In this document: positions 58,260-64,000 of the stretch, piece by piece
How positions within the stretch are numbered: the first letter of the stretch is position 1
Layout: each line of letters opens with the position of its first letter
Assembly (NCBI RefSeq): GCF_011386835.1
Contig: NC_088807.1
Span: 24,552,001 to 24,616,000, forward strand
Direction of reading: 5' to 3'
Length of the DNA stretch: 64,000 nucleotides
DNA from: Chrysemys picta bellii
Lineage: Eukaryota
Program-made: the position numbers and the translations under genes
Notes under the pieces: generated by a model
What the model was told of the DNA's origin: nothing
Database searches by the model: none
Seen by the model: the letters and a program-made list of their open reading frames with translations, nothing else

Positions 58260-60335
58260 TTGCTATGTGGCTTTTGATGGGTGTGTGGTGTTGTGTGATT
58301 GGGCAGTGTGTGTGTGTGTGTGTATTTCCCTGCTGGAGGGGTTGAGCCGTGTGCTCTGTGTGTGTGTGTTACTGCTGTCCCCCAGTTGCAGGGGATGAGC
58401 CCTGCTCTGTGTGTGTGTGTATATGCACGCCTGTATGGACAACACACCCTCTGTATGTGCAGGTGTTTTGTGGTGTGTCTGTTCTTGTGTGCATGCAATT
58501 TTGTGGGGATGTGGCTGTGGGTGCGTTGTTGTAGCCATGGATGGGTCTCATTGTGTTGTTGTGGTGCTGTGTATTACTGCAGTGTATGTTGTGGTTGTGG
58601 ATGGTGGGTGTGTTATTGCAGCGCATTGTGTTGTTGTAGTGCAGGTTGTGGGTGGGTAGGTAGGTGTATTACTCCAGTGTCTGTGTGTTGTCGCACTGTA
58701 CGTGTGCTGTGGTTGTGGACGGTGTGCGGGGTGGGAGTGTTGTGTGGTCTGTTGTTGCTGAGTGTGTTATTCTGGTGGGGGTGTTTTTGTGGTGTCACTC
58801 CGGTGGGTGCTGTTGTGGTGTATGTGTTGTTGCCACATATTGTGTTTTTGCAGGGGGTGCAGTGTGTTGTTGCCATGGGTGTTGTTGCAGCGTGGTGTTA
58901 TTGTGGGGTGTTGCGCTGTGGGAGTGGATGTTGTTGCAGTGAGGTGGGTGTTGTTGTGGGGTGTGGTGTTGTGGTGTGGGTGTGCTGTTTCAGTAGATGT
59001 TGTTGCAGGCTCTGTATGTTGTTGCGCTGGGAGTTGTTGCGTGGGTGTTAGTGTGGGGTGTTGTGGTGTGGGTGTGTTGTTGCAGGCTCTGAATGTTGTT
59101 GCGCTGGGAGTTGTTGCAGTGGGTGTTAGTGTGGGGTGTTGTTGCAGCGTGTGGGGTTGTGGTGTGGGTGTGCTGTTGCAGTGGGTGTTGTTGCAGGCTC
59201 TGTATGTTGGTGCGCTGGGAGTTGTTGCGTGGGTGTTATTGTGGGGTGTTGTTGCACTGCGGGGGTGTTGTTGCAGTGTGGGTGGGTGTTGTTGCGGGGT
59301 GTGTTGTGGGTGTTGTTACAGTGGATGTTGTTGCAGCGTGGGTGTTAGTGTGGGGTGTTGTGTTGTGGGTGTGTTGTTGTAGGCTCTGAATGTTGTTGCG
59401 CTGGGAGTTGTTGCAGTGGGTGTTAGTGTGGGGTGTTGTTGCAGCATGTGGGGTTGTGGTGTGGGTGTGCTGTTGCAGTGGGTGTTGTTGCAGGCTCTGT
59501 ATGTTGTTGTGCTGGGAGTTGTTGCGTGGGTGTTATTGTGGGGTGTTGTTGCACTGCGGGGGTGTTGTTGCAGTGTGGGTGGGTGTTGTTGCGGGGTGTG
59601 TTGTGGGTGTTGTTACAGTGGATGTTGTTGCAGCGTGGGTGTTAGTGTGGGGTGTTGTGGTGTGGGTGTGTTGTTGCAGGCTCTGAATGTTGTTACGCTG
59701 GGAGTTGTTGCAGTGGGTGTTAATGTGGGGTGTTGTTGCAGCATGTGGGGTTGTGGTGTGGGTGTGCTGTTGCAGTGGGTGTTGTTGCAGGCTCTGTATG
59801 TTGTTGTGCTGGGAGTTGTTGCGTGGGTGTTATTGTGGGGTGTTGTTGCACTGCGGGGGTGTTGTTGCAGTGTGGGTGGGTGTTGTTGCGGGGTGTGTTG
59901 TGGGTGTTGTTACAGTGGATGTTGTTGCAGCGTGGGTGTTAGTGTGGGGTGTTGTGGTGTGGGTGTGTTGTTGCAGGCTCTGAATGTTGTTACGCTGGGA
60001 GTTGTTGCAGTGGGTGTTAATGTGGGGTGTTGTTGCAGCATGTGGGGTTGTGGTGTGGGTGTGCTGTTGCAGTGGGTGTTGTTGCAGGCTCTGTATGTTG
60101 TTGTGCTGGGAGTTGTTGCGTGGGTGTTATTGTGGGGTGTTGTTGCACTGCGGGGGTGTTGTTGCAGTGTGGGTGGGTGTTGTTGCGGGGTGTGTTGTGG
60201 GTGTTGTTACAGTGGATGTTGTTGCAGCGTGGGTGTTAGTGTGGGGTGTTGTGGTGTGGGTGTGTTGTTGCAGGCTCTGAATGTTGTTACGCTGGGAGTT
60301 GTTGCAGTGGGTGTTAATGTGGGGCGTTGTTGCAC
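58260..60335. repeat. GT-rich modular repeat with 297-bp higher-order period
   Basis: GTTGTTGCA/GTGGG modules; ORF starts at 59093, 59390, 59687, 59984, 60281 are 297 bp apart, last three units near-identical. Confidence 0.9.
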
Positions 60336-61404
60336 TCCCCCCACCCTGGAACCCCCTGGCTGCGCCGGCTCCGCCAGGCGGACAATTGCCTCCCAGCAGG
60401 GCCGGTGAGTGCGGCCGGGAGGCAGGGAGTGGGTCAGGGGGGGGGCGCTGGGCTGTGAGGGGACAGGGAGGATCTGTGGGGGGGGCACTAGGGGGAGTGG
60501 GGGCTCTGTGGGGGGTGCTGGGCAGTTGTGGAGGGGCTGTGGGCGGGGGGGGTGCAGGGCGCTGGGCATTTGTGGAGGAGGCCTGGGGGGCGCTGGGCAT
60601 AGCGGGTCCAGGGGGCTCTGGCCATAGGGAGTCAAGGGGTGTTGGGCGGGGGGGGGCGGGCTGTGTGGTGTGGCATGGGGCCCGCCCCCCGAGGGGAAGG
60701 GGCAGGCTGGCAGCACAGGGCCGGGCAGGCCAGTGTGCGTCTGGCAACTGCTGGTTTGTAACTAGTGCCCTGCACTGGGCTGGGCGAAGTGGGGCTGCCC
60801 CTGCCGTACCCCATTGCCCCCGGCTGGCCCCTCGCTCCGGGGACTGACCTCCCCGCGCCAGGCTCCACTGCCCCCACGGGGGCCCACGGATATGTTGGGA
60901 GCCAGGCCCACAAAAGGTTAATCCGGCCCTGTGCATGGGGAAACTGAGGCACGGGTCACTGGCACAGCTAGGCCGAGAACCAGGGTCTGTGGAGTCTGCT
61001 AGGCCACGGGCACCTAGGCGGGGGGGGGGCAGGGGGGAGGGGTTGTGATGGGATGTGCTGTAGTAAAAGGCTGAAATTGAGGGGGCACCGTCTCACGGGC
61101 GCTGTACAGACCCATCCCCGGGCAAGATTGTGCAGCTCCTGGTATGACTGGGGGGCGGCAATCTTGGTCGGGGACGGGGTCTGCACAGCAGCCAGCGTGG
61201 CAGGGGAGCCCCCCCTCCAAACAGGGTGAGAGACCTTTCCTGCCCCGAACAGCTCAGAGTCTAAATACACAGAAGGTGGGGACACTGAGGCAGAGATCTT
61301 GGTGGACAAAGGAGGGGGAAACTGAGTCACAGCTGGGCAAAGGGGCCGAGTCCAGATCTCTGGGGGGCTGGGCATCTCCCCCACCCCTCACTGCCCCAGG
61401 AATA

Positions 61405-61680
61405 GCACTCAGCTCCCGGGGGTCCCCCCAGCTCAGTGCATGCGGGCTCAGAGACCCCCAGTGGCCCCTGAGCACCAGAGGCAGCCTGGATCCCGCCGGG
61501 ATCCCCCCACCCCAGGGACCTTCGCTAACGAGCCTGACTTGGAGATGGGTTCAGGGACCGAAGGGTGAAGTAACGGGGCCCCTGGGGAGCCCAGAGCCCC
61601 CAGCCTGGCACTGGAAAAACAGCTAATGAGAGAAAGTTATCACTGAGCTGGGACCAGAGAGCGTCTGAGTGGGACAGAGC
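61405..61680. promoter_or_regulatory. Candidate OR cis-regulatory element, diverged paralog of 10810-11130
   Basis: ACCCCAGGGA (61509), CTAACGAG (61525), TAACGGG-g-CCCCTGGGGA (61571-61588), CTAATGAG (61623), shared CTGGAAAAA..AGCTAA.GAGAG.AAGTTAT and GCGTCTGAGTGGGACAGAG. Confidence 0.55.
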
Positions 61681-62444
61681 CAGGGGGCTGGGGGCCAGGA
61701 CTCCTGGGTTCTCTCCCCGGCTCTGGGAGTGGAGTGGGGTCTAGTGGGTCAGAGCGGGGGGCCAGGACTCCTGGGTTCTCTCCCTAGCATCACAATGGGG
61801 TGAGAACTTGCTGAAGTAAGCTGGGTGCAGGAGTTGGCTGGCCCGGAGCTGGGAAGGTCTCCGTTCGTTGTGGGAAGAGTAGTAGGTTGTTATCCTCGTT
61901 GAGTCCGGCTACTAGCCACAGGCCGGTTGGCTAGCACAGCCAGGAGCCTGCTCTTCTTGGTTGTGTGTGTGGTTATCGCTGGGATGGCGGGTACGTGACA
62001 CTTCCCAGGGCTGCAGAGGCCGAGAAAGCCGAAAGCCCACCGGGCAATCGCGGAAATGCAGCTGCCTCTGGGGTGGAGCGAGCTACTTGTCCTGCTCTCC
62101 GCAGTACTGCGCCCCCTAGCGCCCAGCCCTGACTGCCAGGGGAGAGTGCCCCTGCCAAGCACCCCCTCCCAGCAGCCCGGTGCCCCCTAGTGCGGCGTTG
62201 CGGGGTTCGGGCAGCAGTGACTGTACGGCAGTAGTAGTAGTAGGTTGTTACCCCTGTGCTGGGCAGGGCTCAGCAGAATTCCCAGAATTCCACTGCAGGT
62301 CCCGCCCTCCACCCCCCCACGGCGACCCACTCATCCAATCAGAAGGCACAAGTCACAGCATGTGGCTTGCTGGAGGGGGTGTCACAGGGAGCCAATTAGG
62401 GAGAGGGAGGGGGAGGGCGGGGAAAGGCTGGGGGTTGGTGCTAT

Positions 62445-62887
62445 GAAGGGACACCCCACAGTAACACCCTGCAACAACACATGCCATGACCACACCCCAC
62501 TGCAACAACACCCACCCAAACTGGAACAACACCCCACAGTAACACCCATGCAGCAATAACTCCCAGTGCAACAACATACAGAGCCTGCAACAACACCCAC
62601 TGCAACAACACAACACCACACACCGCAACAACACCACACACTAACACCCAATGCTGCAACAACATCCACTGTAACAACACACCCACCCACACTGCAACAA
62701 CACTCACCGCAACAGCATATACAGAGCCTGCAACAACACCCTGAGTTCTCAACAACACCCACTGCAACAACATCCCCACAACAATACACTGCAACAACCA
62801 CCTCTGCAACAACACTTACACAGCTCACAACACACAATGCAAAACCACACACACATTGCACCCCCTGCAAAAACACAATATGTGGCA
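62445..62887. repeat. Inverted copy of the GT-rich modular repeat
   Basis: 62857-62887 is the exact reverse complement of 58831-58861; ACAACACC/CTGCAACAAC modules. Confidence 0.85.
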
Positions 62888-63244
62888 AGTGATGGGTGGG
62901 GGGGAGCCAGCGGGGTCTCGGGGCGCAGGGCGAGCAGAGCAGGCCGGGGCCCTTCTGAGCATGGCGCCATTGTACCCCGGGACAGCTAACACTGAGCTCT
63001 CCTGGGGATCGACGGGGCCTATCTTAGCGCTCTGTTCCCCGAGCCGAGCCGGCCAAAGTCCTTCCAGAACGGGATCGTCCACAGGGGGCAACGACCCCCC
63101 CACCCTAAAACAATTGTTTGAGATTGGGGGGGGGAGGAATAAACACTAGGGTGCGTTTTTATTAGATTCTTGGCCCAGACGCTATAAAACGTCCCCACAC
63201 TTACGTCAGGTTGGAAGTGATCTCCAGAGGCGACCGCAGAGACG

Positions 63245-63780
63245 TACCTGGGACCCCACATGTCCGTTCCCATCCTGGGACCCCACAATGTACCTGGGAC
63301 CCCACAACGTTCCCATCCTAGGACCCCACAACGTACCTGGGACCCCACAATGTTCCCATCCTGGGACCCACACGTCCGTTCCCATCCTGGGACCCCACAA
63401 CGTACCTGGGACCCCACAATGTTCCCATCCTGGGACCCCACAACGTACCTGGGACCCCACACGTCCGTTCCCATCCTGGGACCTCACAATGTTCCTGGGA
63501 CCCCACAACGTTCACATCCTGTGACCCCACAACGTATCTGGGACCCCACATGTCCGTTACCATCCTGGGACCCTACAACGTTCACATCCTGGGACCCCAC
63601 AACATATCTGGGACCCCACACGTCCATTCCCATCCTGGGACCCCACAACATTCCCATCCTGGGACCCCACATGTCCGTTCCCATCCTGGGACCCCACAAC
63701 GTACCTGGGACCTCACACGTCCGTTCCCATCCCGGGACCCCACAATGGTCCCATCCCGGGACCCCACAACGTTCCCATTC
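63245..63780. repeat. Minisatellite of ~19-24-bp modules around CTGGGACCCCAC
   Basis: GTACCTGGGACCCCACAAC and GTTCCCATCCTGGGACCCCAC alternate. Confidence 0.9.
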
Positions 63781-64000
63781 CCATCCTGTTTGCAGCCACC
63801 CACCCCCCAGCTTTGGGGGGAACCCAGTCGGACCAGGGGAAGCCGGGGGAAGGGGCGAGCGAGAGTCTGCACCCATTCGATTGCACTTGGTGGCAAGAGG
63901 GAAAAAACTGAAAAATGGAGAAACGTTTCTTGCAAGGCTAGTTCGGGGGCAGGGGGGACTCAGGAGTTAATCCGGGACGTGCTCAGTCCCTCACAAGGGT

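Noticed and set aside
59416-60408. Cys/Gly/Val-rich ORFs resembling keratin-associated or metallothionein proteins
   Set aside because: Open in several frames because of the GT-rich 297-bp repeat; no splice or promoter support
61874-61895. let-7-like microRNA (GTAGTAGGTTGT)
   Set aside because: Seed TGAGGTAG is not matched and there is no complementary star arm

Overview
Vertebrate genomic DNA, most likely turtle (inferred from the CR1, LTR, Penelope-like and MITE families), GC-rich and heavy in repeats. It holds part of a class II olfactory receptor (OR1-like) cluster: four intact single-exon ORs (5318-6367+, 16721-17677-, 37414-38361+, 45806-46855+) and one deleted, frameshifted OR pseudogene (~56147-56760-). 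About 13 kb (1-13098) recurs at ~41250-56000 with only slight divergence (about 0.8% in the OR CDS by my count); a haplotype-duplication artefact cannot be excluded. Only the second copy carries a 2.7 kb Penelope-like retroelement (RT + GIY-YIG, open frame, 3' hammerhead ribozyme, 12-bp TSD). It is inserted in frame into a 69-bp minisatellite, giving a 915-aa chimeric ORF. Other notable signals are three copies of a ~300-bp non-coding element with paired homeodomain/O-E (Lhx2/Ebf-like) motifs, several Penelope-derived hairpins and ribozyme remnants, a candidate antisense exon with coding-like codon bias, and an inverted pair of modular repeats around 60.3-62.4 kb. The rest is CR1 LINE fragments, solo LTRs, Harbinger-type MITEs, tRNA-SINE-derived tandem arrays, satellites and four N gaps. 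Most other short ORFs in the track are repeat or GC3 shadows. All calls come from manual reading; no database search was run.
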